DNA of 32,000 nucleotides from Pyrodictium delaneyi (GTDB lineage Archaea > Thermoproteota > Thermoprotei_A > Sulfolobales > Pyrodictiaceae): the NCBI RefSeq assembly GCF_001412615.1, contig NZ_CP013011.1:690001-722000 (forward strand), written 5' to 3'. Within the stretch, counting starts at the first letter, position 1. Each line of letters begins with the position of its first letter. Shown here piece by piece: positions 8,240 through 16,071 of this stretch. The notes below the pieces were generated by a model that saw only the letters and a program-made list of their open reading frames with translations, had not been told where the DNA came from and did not search any database. The position numbers and the translations under genes were made by a program.

Positions 8240-8527
8240 CTACTCCTCGGACCTTCTCCCGCCGCGGCTCTGCTTGAAGTACCACACCACCTCATTGGTG
8301 ACCGGGTTCAGCCGGCCCTCGATAAGCCCCTTGGCCTCTAGGCGGCGGAGGAACCCGTACACGGTCTTGTTGCTCTTCCCCTCGACGAGCGCTGCTGCCT
8401 CGCTGGTGGAGAGCGGCCTCCTCCTCAGCTCCTCCAGGAGCCGCGCATACTCCGGGTTACGGGCCTTAAGAGACTCCATTATTATCTCCAGGTCCACGAG
8501 CCTACGCCTCCTAGGCACAGCCACCAC
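8240..8527 (-). CDS. winged helix-turn-helix transcriptional regulator
   Basis: 95-aa ORF. LSTSEAAALVEGKSNKTVYGFLRRLEAKGLIEGR is a typical MarR/ArsR-like wHTH. Start is GTG at 8527 or ATG at 8479. Confidence 0.75.
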   Translation of the reverse strand: MVAVPRRRRLVDLEIIMESLKARNPEYARLLEELRRRPLSTSEAAALVEGKSNKTVYGFLRRLEAKGLIEGRLNPVTNEVVWYFKQSRGGRRSEE

Positions 8528-8681
8528 CCGGCTCCTCCACCCCTACCGGCCCCTGCCGGGAGAAACTCTTGGCGGCAATCGGCAGCCTCCGCTGCCACCA
8601 GCATCTAGTAGCCGCTCCCCGCGCCCATCCAGCCCATGGCTTTCTCCCGGCGCGGGGTAGTGTGGGTGGAGGCGGGGAGCC

Positions 8682-8810
8682 GTGCCCCTCTACCTGTGCT
8701 GGGTCACATACGTGGTCGAGGTCGAGGCCGGCAGCGTGGAGGAGGCGGAGAAGCTAGCGCAGCGGGAGGCCCACGGCAGCCCCGACGAAGTGATATGCGA
8801 AGAAGCATAG
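8682..8810 (+). CDS. possible small protein (42 aa)
   Basis: Not in the ORF track because it is under 60 aa. From the GTG it reads VPLYLCWVTYVVEVEAGSVEEAEKLAQREAHGSPDEVICEEA. It ends 13 nt before the next gene, whose ATG is preceded by GGAGGTGA. Confidence 0.3.
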   Translation: MPLYLCWVTYVVEVEAGSVEEAEKLAQREAHGSPDEVICEEA

Positions 8811-8823
8811 GAGGTGACAAGAC

Positions 8824-9147
8824 ATGGCAGGGAAGCATGACAGGCAGCGTAGGAGGATAGAGCCCCGGGAGCTGCTGCGGAGGAGGGGGGTAATCACCGA
8901 GACGGAAGTCGCAGAATGGCTCCGGGAGGGGAGGCTCTACGTCTACAGGGATGAGCGCGGAGAGCCGGTAGCGTTCTACGCCGCCCCAGAGCTGCTCCAT
9001 GGCGAGCCCTGGTGGGTTCTCGATAGAAGGCTGGAGGAGAGGAGGCGCCGGCTCCTAGAGCAGCTGAGGAGGGAGCAGCGCCGAGACAGCGGCGGCGCCG
9101 GCGATGCCCGGGAGGAGCCCGCAGGGAAGCTAGCCGGGACAGGCTAA
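8824..9147 (+). CDS. small HTH protein, excisionase/MerR-like (putative)
   Basis: 107-aa ORF with an ATG preceded by GGAGGTGA. ELLRRRGVITETEVAEWLREGRLYVY resembles excisionase-type HTH. The tail is Arg/Glu-rich. Confidence 0.55.
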   Translation: MAGKHDRQRRRIEPRELLRRRGVITETEVAEWLREGRLYVYRDERGEPVAFYAAPELLHGEPWWVLDRRLEERRRRLLEQLRREQRRDSGGAGDAREEPAGKLAGTG

Positions 9148-9154
9148 TAGGAGT

Positions 9155-9262
9155 TGCAAGTACCCACCCCTGCTATAGAAATATCCCCATCAAATTCTCT
9201 CAATTCCGTAAAGCTTTTAAATAGAGGCTAAGTACCCACCCCTGGAGGGGTGGGTACTTGCA
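9155..9262 (+). promoter_or_regulatory. promoter with 30-bp perfect palindrome and a third copy of the half-site
   Basis: TGCAAGTACCCACCCCT lies at 9155-9171 and the TATA TTTTAAATA near 9214-9223. AAGTACCCACCCCT-GG-AGGGGTGGGTACTT spans 9230-9259 and runs into the TTG start at 9258. Confidence 0.7.
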
Positions 9263-11057
9263 GATCCACTCCCTATCCGAAGACGAGGCATTTAGCCGGA
9301 TAGTACGCTCTCCACGTGCACTTGAAGCCTTAATAGTTATAGCAGCAAAGAACAAGGCTGGCATAAACGCCACAGTAAAGGATCTTATAGAATGGCTTGG
9401 TGTCAACGATAACCGTGCATGGAAGATACTCTCTAAACTCATTTCACTAGGCGTTGTTGTTCATGATGAAAACTATAAGCTATCACTATCAGACCTCGGA
9501 TGGAGAGTAATTTCGAGAGTAGAGAATGTCTTAGAGCAGCAAGTCGATATTGATATCTCCTCATTGATAAAAACGGTGCGCGAGAAACATATATTCTACA
9601 AGGTACGCAGTGTCGCAAAAATACGTGACTCACCCCTTGAGGCGTTCAACGGCGATATAGCTCCATCCCCTAAAATCATCCTCCAAAAAGCACTTTGGAA
9701 GGGTTTACCCTTAATTCGGCGTTTCTCGGGAGCTATATACATAGTTACAGATTATGAACGTGTAAAGGCTAGTGGCATGCTCGACAATAACAGTATGGCT
9801 AGAGCTGAAAGGGCAGAGCTTTCAGGAATTTTGAGAGTAACGCGTCTATTTGCTCTCTCGCTTCCACCCAACCTTTTAGGCGAACCAATGGACATCAATA
9901 AACTAATAGAGGAAGTTGGAAGAAAATGGGCTTTTGTCGAGAGCCTCGCAAGGCATAGAAGCGTAAGATACCGTTACCTCGAACAAGTAGACGCATTGTA
10001 TCTTGCCAGGTTTGATAAGAACCGTAAGATACTCTATCCACTCCATGAAACAGGCCTTGAAGCATATAAGTGGTTAACAAAGAAGCTTGACTCTGTAATG
10101 TCTTCAATACCAGATTTCTATCAGCCCATAGCAGTAGCACTTTACAGCATAGCCTATAATAAAGTTCTCACGCGCGACGAAATCCTAGAAGGCATAGGTG
10201 ACCCCATACTAGAGCGTGCACGGGAAGAGGCGGGTACGAAAACGTATACAGAGGTAATGGAGAGAGTATTCATGCGTAGACTACTTCGGTACCGCATAGT
10301 AGAGCTTATAGGACCGGACAGGTTTGTTGTCCCCAAAGCTATCTTCCATAGGCTTGTCCTTCTACGCGGTACCGAGTTGAGTGACGTAATTAGGAGCGTT
10401 AACCAGTTATTTGAAAGATCTTCACGAATCATGAGAACGGTACTTGAATACATAGTGACCAATGTGAGCGTATCGCCGGGAGATCTAGCACGTTCACTTA
10501 AGATAAGTGAAGAAGCCGCAGTAGGCATTATACGGGTTTTAAGCGACCATGGCCTCCTTATACCTTCAAGTTATCGGTATCTATGGGTTGGAGTTGCACC
10601 AGCAAAATTCATAGAAGAAGCAATTGATAGGGACCTATACATCTACCTGTACGATATTACAAAAAGGTATGATACCGTTCTCGCGCAAAAAGGTATAGAT
10701 CTTCTGGAAATACTTGAAAGATTGCTGCGAAGCGGTGTCGTGGATCTCTTCGAGGAAGCAGGCGACAGGCGTACGTTAAGTATACTATCGAAGTACTTCT
10801 TTAGGCTAGAAGAGATAGGGCTTATCAACCTTGAAGAAGGATTTATAGTTAGGCCGGCGTCGGACAATGCTGTTAAGCTACTAAAGGTGTTTACAACTAC
10901 GTATGTACTTCCGAGAGGTCTTGACATACTAGGCGACCGTGTAGTAGCTGAGTCTAGCCTGATAAGCTCTCTGCGTGAATTTAGAGAAACCATAGCTGAA
11001 GTGCTACGTGAGACTATATCGAGAAGCAGGTATGAAGCCCTTGACTCCTCTAGCTGA
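9258..11057 (+). CDS. large multi-winged-helix DNA-binding protein (599 aa), AT-rich foreign-looking gene
   Basis: Uninterrupted 599-aa ORF with TTG start. At least three wHTH-like segments: VKDLIEWLGVNDNRAWKILSKLISLGVV, PGDLARSLKISEEAAVGIIRVLSDHGLL and TLSILSKYFFRLEEIGLI. GC is about 37-47 % in counted lines versus about 63 % in the flanks. Confidence 0.8.
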   Translation: MQIHSLSEDEAFSRIVRSPRALEALIVIAAKNKAGINATVKDLIEWLGVNDNRAWKILSKLISLGVVVHDENYKLSLSDLGWRVISRVENVLEQQVDIDISSLIKTVREKHIFYKVRSVAKIRDSPLEAFNGDIAPSPKIILQKALWKGLPLIRRFSGAIYIVTDYERVKASGMLDNNSMARAERAELSGILRVTRLFALSLPPNLLGEPMDINKLIEEVGRKWAFVESLARHRSVRYRYLEQVDALYLARFDKNRKILYPLHETGLEAYKWLTKKLDSVMSSIPDFYQPIAVALYSIAYNKVLTRDEILEGIGDPILERAREEAGTKTYTEVMERVFMRRLLRYRIVELIGPDRFVVPKAIFHRLVLLRGTELSDVIRSVNQLFERSSRIMRTVLEYIVTNVSVSPGDLARSLKISEEAAVGIIRVLSDHGLLIPSSYRYLWVGVAPAKFIEEAIDRDLYIYLYDITKRYDTVLAQKGIDLLEILERLLRSGVVDLFEEAGDRRTLSILSKYFFRLEEIGLINLEEGFIVRPASDNAVKLLKVFTTTYVLPRGLDILGDRVVAESSLISSLREFRETIAEVLRETISRSRYEALDSSS

Positions 11058-11172
11058 TGCCAAGTATCACCCAAGATAAAGTGTTGAGGTGCAAAATGAG
11101 TGCCGCAATAATCGCTGGGGCTAGAAACGTCGTACTAAGTAACGTACTGGAGCTCCTCGACAGGCTAGGCGG

Positions 11173-11499
11173 CTAGAGCTTCTCCCACATCTCTGGGCAC
11201 TTCTCCTTTGCCTCGTCCAGCAGCCTCTTTGTAGGGTAGCAGCTCGTCCGCCCCTTGCTGTGCCTCTTGCAGGTGATGAGCCCCTTCCTCTCGAGCCACC
11301 GTAGGGTCTTCGAGAACCTGTCTCCCGGTAGGCGGGCGAGCCGCCGGATAGCCTCCAGGGGAGCATGGCAGTTCGGGCTCGGGCATAGCTCGTAGAGCGC
11401 GCACATCACGGCCTCTATCTCTTCCGGCTCGGGCCTGCCCACAGCCCGCTCCCTGGATAAGGGGGCCCGGAGGGGGTAAATATTCCGGCCGGAAAACAT
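11173..11499 (-). CDS. winged helix-turn-helix protein
   Basis: 108-aa ORF. LEAIRRLARLPGDRFSKTLRWLERKGLITCKR is wHTH-like. The start is uncertain (ATG 11499, or internal ATG giving MCALYEL). Confidence 0.65.
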   Translation of the reverse strand: MFSGRNIYPLRAPLSRERAVGRPEPEEIEAVMCALYELCPSPNCHAPLEAIRRLARLPGDRFSKTLRWLERKGLITCKRHSKGRTSCYPTKRLLDEAKEKCPEMWEKL

Positions 11500-11567
11500 T
11501 ATTTCCGGCCGCTCCGGCGTACATACCTATGCCTGGGGGACCGCCCGGGGGGAAGAACCCAGGCATA
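11483..11567. promoter_or_regulatory. palindromes in the divergent control region
   Basis: 12-bp palindrome TTCCGGCCGGAA (11483-11494), partial copy TTCCGGCC (11503-11510), and 10-bp inverted repeat TATGCCTGGG (11528-11537) / CCCAGGCATA (11558-11567). Confidence 0.55.
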
Positions 11568-11611
11568 CATGAAAGCGACATACCATCGCGGCCCCCGGGC
11601 GGCCTCCCGCG

Positions 11612-12130
11612 ATGCCAAGGAGGCAATGGTGGTTCGCGTTGGAGGCCGTAGCCAAGAGGGCGGCTGGGGAGAGCGAGCTGGAGGAGATACTGGGGCCTGT
11701 TGAGCCCCCGAAGCCCCTAGAGTGGGTCCCCCTGGTGGCGGCCCTGGGTGTGGAGAGGAAGCGTGTCAGGCTACGCAGCGGCGAGGAGAGGGTCTACACG
11801 GGCTACCGGGTAAGGATACCCAAGGAGGTGGTGGAGCGCCTAGGCCTCCGGGGGGAGGCCACGATACTCCTCCAGGCTGCCAGGCCCCGGTGGTACCACC
11901 TCCTAGACTACCGGGAGGAGCCCCTACGCAGCCGCTTCAAGGCGATTAAGAAGCCCTGGGTAAAGGCCGAGATATGCATGCTAGGCCACGCCCCAGAGGA
12001 GCTCTGCAAGGAGTACCGCACAGTGACCGTGATAGCCAGCGAGGAGGAGCTCAGGCGCCTCGGCCTGGAGCCCGGCAAGCCCGTGACCCTCAGGGAGCTG
12101 CTGGAGCGGGCTAGGAGCGTGGAGGGCTAG
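11612..12130 (+). CDS. hypothetical protein with AbrB/SpoVT-like segment
   Basis: 172-aa ORF. YRVRIPKEVVERLGLRGEATILL resembles the AbrB/MazE-type DNA-binding motif. Confidence 0.65.
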   Translation: MPRRQWWFALEAVAKRAAGESELEEILGPVEPPKPLEWVPLVAALGVERKRVRLRSGEERVYTGYRVRIPKEVVERLGLRGEATILLQAARPRWYHLLDYREEPLRSRFKAIKKPWVKAEICMLGHAPEELCKEYRTVTVIASEEELRRLGLEPGKPVTLRELLERARSVEG

Positions 12131-12155
12131 CACCCCTCCCGGCGGGGGCTCTCCC

Positions 12156-12455
12156 TTGGCTCGCTGCCTGTGGCTCGACGGGAGCCTGTTGAAGGCCTGC
12201 CGGGTGCTCCGGGCCCGGCTAGAGCCGCTGGGCGTCAGGGTGGTGTGCCGGAGCGGGCTACCCGACCGCGCCATAGACTACATGGCCTCCAGGGCCGGCT
12301 GCGCCGTAGCCACCACAGACCAGCGCATAGTCCGGGCCACGATGCAGGCCTGCTGGGCCAAGATACCACAGGGGTACGCGGAGCGGAAGAGCGCCAGAGA
12401 CCTCGCGACACACATATTGAAGCAGCTCCGCCGCCAGTGCAGCTGGGGCCGATGA
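12156..12455 (+). CDS. PIN-like domain protein (DUF5615/Mut7-C-like, putative toxin-type nuclease)
   Basis: 99-aa ORF with TTG start. CLWLDGSLLKACRVLRARLEPLGVRVVC...GLPDRAIDYMASRAGCAVATTDQRIV matches the layout of small PIN-like DUF5615 proteins as I remember them. Confidence 0.5.
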   Translation: MARCLWLDGSLLKACRVLRARLEPLGVRVVCRSGLPDRAIDYMASRAGCAVATTDQRIVRATMQACWAKIPQGYAERKSARDLATHILKQLRRQCSWGR

Positions 12456-12712
12456 GCCCAGAGCCGTGCCGTGCCTCCTGCACACGGCCCGCGGGCACCG
12501 AGCGCACCCGAACAGAGCCCTAGACAAGGGCGTAGAGCCGTGCCCCCTCCACGGGGGCCGCGGCGAGGCCCCCCGCGCCCACAGGCAGAGATACACGCAG
12601 GGCGGAACCGGTTAGCCCACCGCCTCGCCGGGGCCCCGGCGAAACTACTCGATTTTAACGCGCGTAGCATCCCCGCCTATAAGGGCATAGCTCTCGGAAT
12701 TGGCGACCGAAA

Positions 12713-13246
12713 CTATTCCATTCGGTTCCGCAGCGTAGCTCCGGCTGTGTCTCTCCGGCTCCTCCTCAGCTCCTCCAGGAGGGCGTGTAGCGCCCTGCTC
12801 CGGGAGGGGATGCCCGCGGCGAGCTCCTCTAGGAGCGCTAGGAGCCACCAGGCGAGCCCGCGGACGCCGACGCTGCTGAGGGGGAGGACGCGGAACCAGC
12901 GCTTCCGGAGCGCGAGCCGCAGCGCGCCGCTCGTTAGCCGCGGCACCACGAGGAGGAGCCGGGCCCTCCTACCGTAGTCCCTCGAATGCCTCAGCAGCAT
13001 AGCGGCGTAGCGGGCTAGGAGCCGCGGCGGAACCCTCCACGCCCTCTCCACCACCTTGACCGAGACAGCCCAGCGCCCATCGACGACCACGTGTACCTCC
13101 TTGAGGCTAGGCACCCTGACAGCCTCTACCCGGGCCTTAGACCTAATCGACGCCCTCCACGCCGCGCCAGCAACCTCCATAGCAACCATCCTGTACAGCC
13201 GCCCAGGCCCCCGCGGCACCCCCACACCCCGCTCCCAGAGAGGCAT
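12713..13246 (-). CDS. hypothetical protein (177 aa), possibly nuclease-fold
   Basis: ATG start. Divergent from the RHH gene. HVVVDGRWAVSVKVVE is faintly PD-(D/E)xK-like, which is weak evidence. Confidence 0.55.
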   Translation of the reverse strand: MPLWERGVGVPRGPGRLYRMVAMEVAGAAWRASIRSKARVEAVRVPSLKEVHVVVDGRWAVSVKVVERAWRVPPRLLARYAAMLLRHSRDYGRRARLLLVVPRLTSGALRLALRKRWFRVLPLSSVGVRGLAWWLLALLEELAAGIPSRSRALHALLEELRRSRRDTAGATLRNRME

Positions 13247-13263
13247 GGATGTGTCATATAGGC

Positions 13264-13341
13264 CTACCGCACTACCCTACATGCTACCCCGGGTAACCCT
13301 TATATGCTACCGCAGGGTAGTATATGCTACCTGGGGGTAGC
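13264..13341 (+). promoter_or_regulatory. array of palindromic operators GCTACC-N4-GGTAGC with 20-bp periodicity
   Basis: Three sites: GCTACC..GGTAAC (13283-13298), TATATGCTACCgcagGGTAGT (13301-13321) and TATATGCTACCtgggGGTAGC (13321-13341). Extra CTACC half-sites lie at 13264 and 13272. Confidence 0.7.
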
Positions 13342-13345
13342 GGCT

Positions 13346-13723
13346 GTGGTCCGTAAAATAAGCGTCAGCGACCAGGCATACGAGCTTCTGAACAGGCTCC
13401 GCGAGGAGCTCGGCACAGCCACGCACAGCGAGACCATACTAGTCCTAGCAGACCGGGCCCGGCTCTGCAGCGACATAGAGCCCAGGCTCCGCAAGATAGA
13501 GCTCCTACTCCACAGGCTCCTAGAGGAGCACACAGGCAGAACAGCCGGGGAGGAAGAGGGGCCCGAGAGCCCCGCCGGAGGGGCCGTGAAGGAGGGGCGG
13601 AAGGAAGAGCACGCGCCACGCAGAACCGTGACGAGACCGCTCGACGCAGACCGCTCCGCCCCAGAGCCCCTCCGGCGGGGCCGGGAACCCCGAACACAAC
13701 ATATAGAACAGACCAGCGAATAA
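13346..13723 (+). CDS. ribbon-helix-helix/antitoxin-like small DNA-binding protein with disordered tail
   Basis: GTG start gives VVRKISVSDQAYELLNRLREELGTATHSETILVLA, like archaeal RHH/VapB-type 'KISVSDEVYE' proteins. The longest ORF starts at 13304, inside the operator array. Confidence 0.65.
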   Translation: MVRKISVSDQAYELLNRLREELGTATHSETILVLADRARLCSDIEPRLRKIELLLHRLLEEHTGRTAGEEEGPESPAGGAVKEGRKEEHAPRRTVTRPLDADRSAPEPLRRGREPRTQHIEQTSE

Positions 13724-13726
13724 ACC

Positions 13727-14200
13727 TTGAGGAGGCGCCCCGCCATGCCCCTCCTAGGCCTAAAGAGGCAAAAAGACAAGGAAAACGACGAGCTACAAGA
13801 ACTGCTGAAAAGAGCAAAGCCACTACCCAACATCTTCAAGCCGGATTGGACTGTTGATGATGCTCTTGTGGGCTGGGTCGCACTGAATGCCGAAAAATGG
13901 AAGCCCCGGAGAAACCCAGCGGCTATCGAAGGGAGACCACTACCCAAGCCTATAGAGATTGACGGTGCACCCTACGCGGGCCTCATTATAATGGATGATG
14001 GCCGTGTATTCCTTGCGGATAATATAACTTACGATATAATGGCCTTAGCTGACGGCACGAGGACATTAAACGAGATATTGGCAAAAATAGCAGCTGATAT
14101 AGCTAGAGTTGATGAAGTCATAAGGAGAGCATTGGAGGAGAATGATGAAAAAGAGCTGTTGGGGCTCTACTCAGGCCTGACCTCCTCCCCGCCCCTTTAG
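13727..14200 (+). CDS. PqqD/RRE-like domain protein, copy 1 (C-terminus replaced by IS end)
   Basis: 157 aa, a paralog of 16396-16899. FLADNITYDIMALADGTRTLNEILAKIAADIA resembles the PqqD family. The alignment with copy 2 breaks at ...LYSGL, where the IS hairpin begins. Confidence 0.7.
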   Translation: MRRRPAMPLLGLKRQKDKENDELQELLKRAKPLPNIFKPDWTVDDALVGWVALNAEKWKPRRNPAAIEGRPLPKPIEIDGAPYAGLIIMDDGRVFLADNITYDIMALADGTRTLNEILAKIAADIARVDEVIRRALEENDEKELLGLYSGLTSSPPL

Positions 14201-14225
14201 GGGCGAGGGTTCCCCTTGGGGCGGT

Positions 14226-15566
14226 TCATTGGTTTGAGGGGCGGGGATAGGCCCCGCCCCTCGCCCCCGGTCTTGGGGGTGTTACCCCTACCCCGAGGCG
14301 GTGGGGGTGTGTGAGGGCCTCGGGGCTCGGGGTTATGGTTCGCTTTGTGCCCTTGGCTAGTATGTTGTAGGCTGCAGCCATGTCGGCGTTCATTGCTAGC
14401 CTGCGGTGGGGGCAGATGTAGAGGCCTCTGTGCACACGTGCACGGGGGTGTACGGCGCCGCATAGGGGGCAGCGCTGGCTAGTGTATGCCTCGTCTACCT
14501 CCACAACCTCTATCCCGTACTCCCATGCTACCTCCTTTAGGCGGCGGAGGAGGAGCCCGTAGGTCCAGACATGGACCCGCTCAAAGTTCAGCTTCCCGTT
14601 GCCGTCCCCACGCCGGGCTATGCCCCTCGGGTAGCCCACGTATATCCTCGCGACGCCGCGGCTGTAGAGCTCCTCCATTGCACGTCTCACGGCAGCGTCT
14701 ATGTAGGCTCTTATCCTAGCCCTCCACCGGCGGTACATTAGGCGTAGCCTGCGGCTCGTACTCCCCGCGCCATCGGCTCTGTCGAGAACACTCTTGTACC
14801 TGGCTATGCGGCGCTGCCAGTAGAAGCTCTCAGCCTTCAGGGGACGCCCATTCACGAGGAAGCCTTCGCCGTTCTCAACGTAGACCGCCAAGAGGTTGTC
14901 TACTCCAAGGTCTACCCCCGCCTCCAGGCTCCCGCGGGGCTTCATGGGTACGCGGACCCAGCCCCTTCCATGTATCAGCTTCTCCTCCACAGTGTACGAT
15001 ATCGCTATGTACCAGCGCCTCCTATCGTGGTCGTACCATATCTCGGCGCCCCTTTGCCTGCCCCGGACATGGATTAACCCGCGGTACCTGACACGCACCA
15101 CGCCGGCAACGCCTAGGCGCCTTATCTCGACAATACCTCTCTCCGTGTCTACGCGGTACTGGTCCTGCCTGAGGGCCAGCCATAGCCTCCTACGCCGCCG
15201 GCTCCTCTTACGGTAGCCCGGCGGGCTGGCCTTCGCTATGTGTGGTGGCAGCCTCCCCTTCTTCTTCAATGCTAGGAGCCGGAAGAAGCTTCTCCACGCG
15301 GTATCGTTCTTAGCTATAATTGCCTGTGTGGTGGCGCTGCCCAAGAGCCTGTTGTACATGTAGTAGAACTCCTTGTAGGTTTCGTAGAGTTTTTGCTGGG
15401 TCAGCTTTCCCTCGAAGAAGAGGCGTCTACGGCGGTAGTTGAGCTCGTTCCAGAGCTTCGACGCTAGCTCGCATACTAGCCTTAGCTTCTCCTCTTCCTC
15501 CGGCCCGGGCTCCAGGCGGAGCACCACTGTCCTAATGACGCCGTTTGCCCGCCTCCCCCACGGCAC
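14226..15566 (-). CDS. tnpB: TnpB (OrfB) RNA-guided nuclease of IS200/IS605 family
   Basis: 446 aa. C-terminus TSQRCPLCGAVHPRARVHRGLYICPHRRLAMNADMAAAYNI is the Zn-ribbon/RuvC-III signature. It begins 1 nt after the tnpA stop. Confidence 0.93.
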   Translation of the reverse strand: MPWGRRANGVIRTVVLRLEPGPEEEEKLRLVCELASKLWNELNYRRRRLFFEGKLTQQKLYETYKEFYYMYNRLLGSATTQAIIAKNDTAWRSFFRLLALKKKGRLPPHIAKASPPGYRKRSRRRRRLWLALRQDQYRVDTERGIVEIRRLGVAGVVRVRYRGLIHVRGRQRGAEIWYDHDRRRWYIAISYTVEEKLIHGRGWVRVPMKPRGSLEAGVDLGVDNLLAVYVENGEGFLVNGRPLKAESFYWQRRIARYKSVLDRADGAGSTSRRLRLMYRRWRARIRAYIDAAVRRAMEELYSRGVARIYVGYPRGIARRGDGNGKLNFERVHVWTYGLLLRRLKEVAWEYGIEVVEVDEAYTSQRCPLCGAVHPRARVHRGLYICPHRRLAMNADMAAAYNILAKGTKRTITPSPEALTHPHRLGVGVTPPRPGARGGAYPRPSNQ

Positions 15567-15567
15567 T

Positions 15568-15981
15568 CTAGCAGCACCTCTTCTGCCCCGCTATGTAGCG
15601 CCCCACTATGGCGGCGTCGTGGCCGACGCTTGCCACGTAGTAGCCTGGCGCCCACAGGCTGCCGCGTGAAGCCCCGCTCTCCAGCCAGGGCAGCGCCCTG
15701 AGCAGCATGTAGCCCGTATAGCCCTTCAACACGTTGGCTACGCGGGAGGGGCTGGGCCGAGGAGGGCACTGCACAAGGACATGCACATGGTCTATGGGGG
15801 CGGCCCACTCTACTAGCCTGCACCCAGCCCTCTCAGCCGCCTCACGGAGCAGCCTACCCAGCATCCTCTCCACAGGCTTCGAGAGGATACACCGCCGGTA
15901 CTTCGGCACCCAGACGTAGTGGTATAGGAGCACACTCACGCTATGCCGGCGCCTCACCGGCTCCGGGCCGCCCCAGCCCAA
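15568..15981 (-). CDS. tnpA: IS200-type Y1 (HUH) transposase TnpA
   Basis: 137 aa. Carries LLYHYVWVPKYRR, the HUH motif DHVHVLV, and the C-terminal GYYVASVG tyrosine region. Confidence 0.93.
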   Translation of the reverse strand: MGWGGPEPVRRRHSVSVLLYHYVWVPKYRRCILSKPVERMLGRLLREAAERAGCRLVEWAAPIDHVHVLVQCPPRPSPSRVANVLKGYTGYMLLRALPWLESGASRGSLWAPGYYVASVGHDAAIVGRYIAGQKRCC

Positions 15982-16071
15982 CCCCGGCCCAGCCCCCGGG
16001 AATTACGGGGCCACAGGTAACACCCTATAGGCTTTCTGGCAGTCTTTATAAGCTTCTGCCAGCCAGAGATA

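Larger units (their letters stand above)
14175..16020 (-). mobile_element. IS200/IS605-family insertion sequence (tnpA + tnpB); boundaries approximate
   Basis: Contains a Y1 HUH transposase and TnpB. Imperfect subterminal hairpins lie at 14185-14210 (CTCCCCGCCCC-TTTA-GGGGCGAGGGT) and about 15992-16011 (GCCCCCG...CGGGGC). TTAC is present on the IS top strand at 16017-16020. Confidence 0.85.

Noticed and set aside
12170-12977. Nest of overlapping ORFs (117, 90, 112, 130, 168, 67 aa)
   Set aside because: They are mutually overlapping in several frames and extremely Arg/Pro/Ala/Gly-rich with no domain-like sequence. Only 12156-12455 and 12713-13246 look like real proteins.
13327-13947. 206-aa and 152-aa minus-strand ORFs
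   Set aside because: They are antisense to the RHH-like and PqqD-like genes and are Ser/Arg-rich low-complexity translations.
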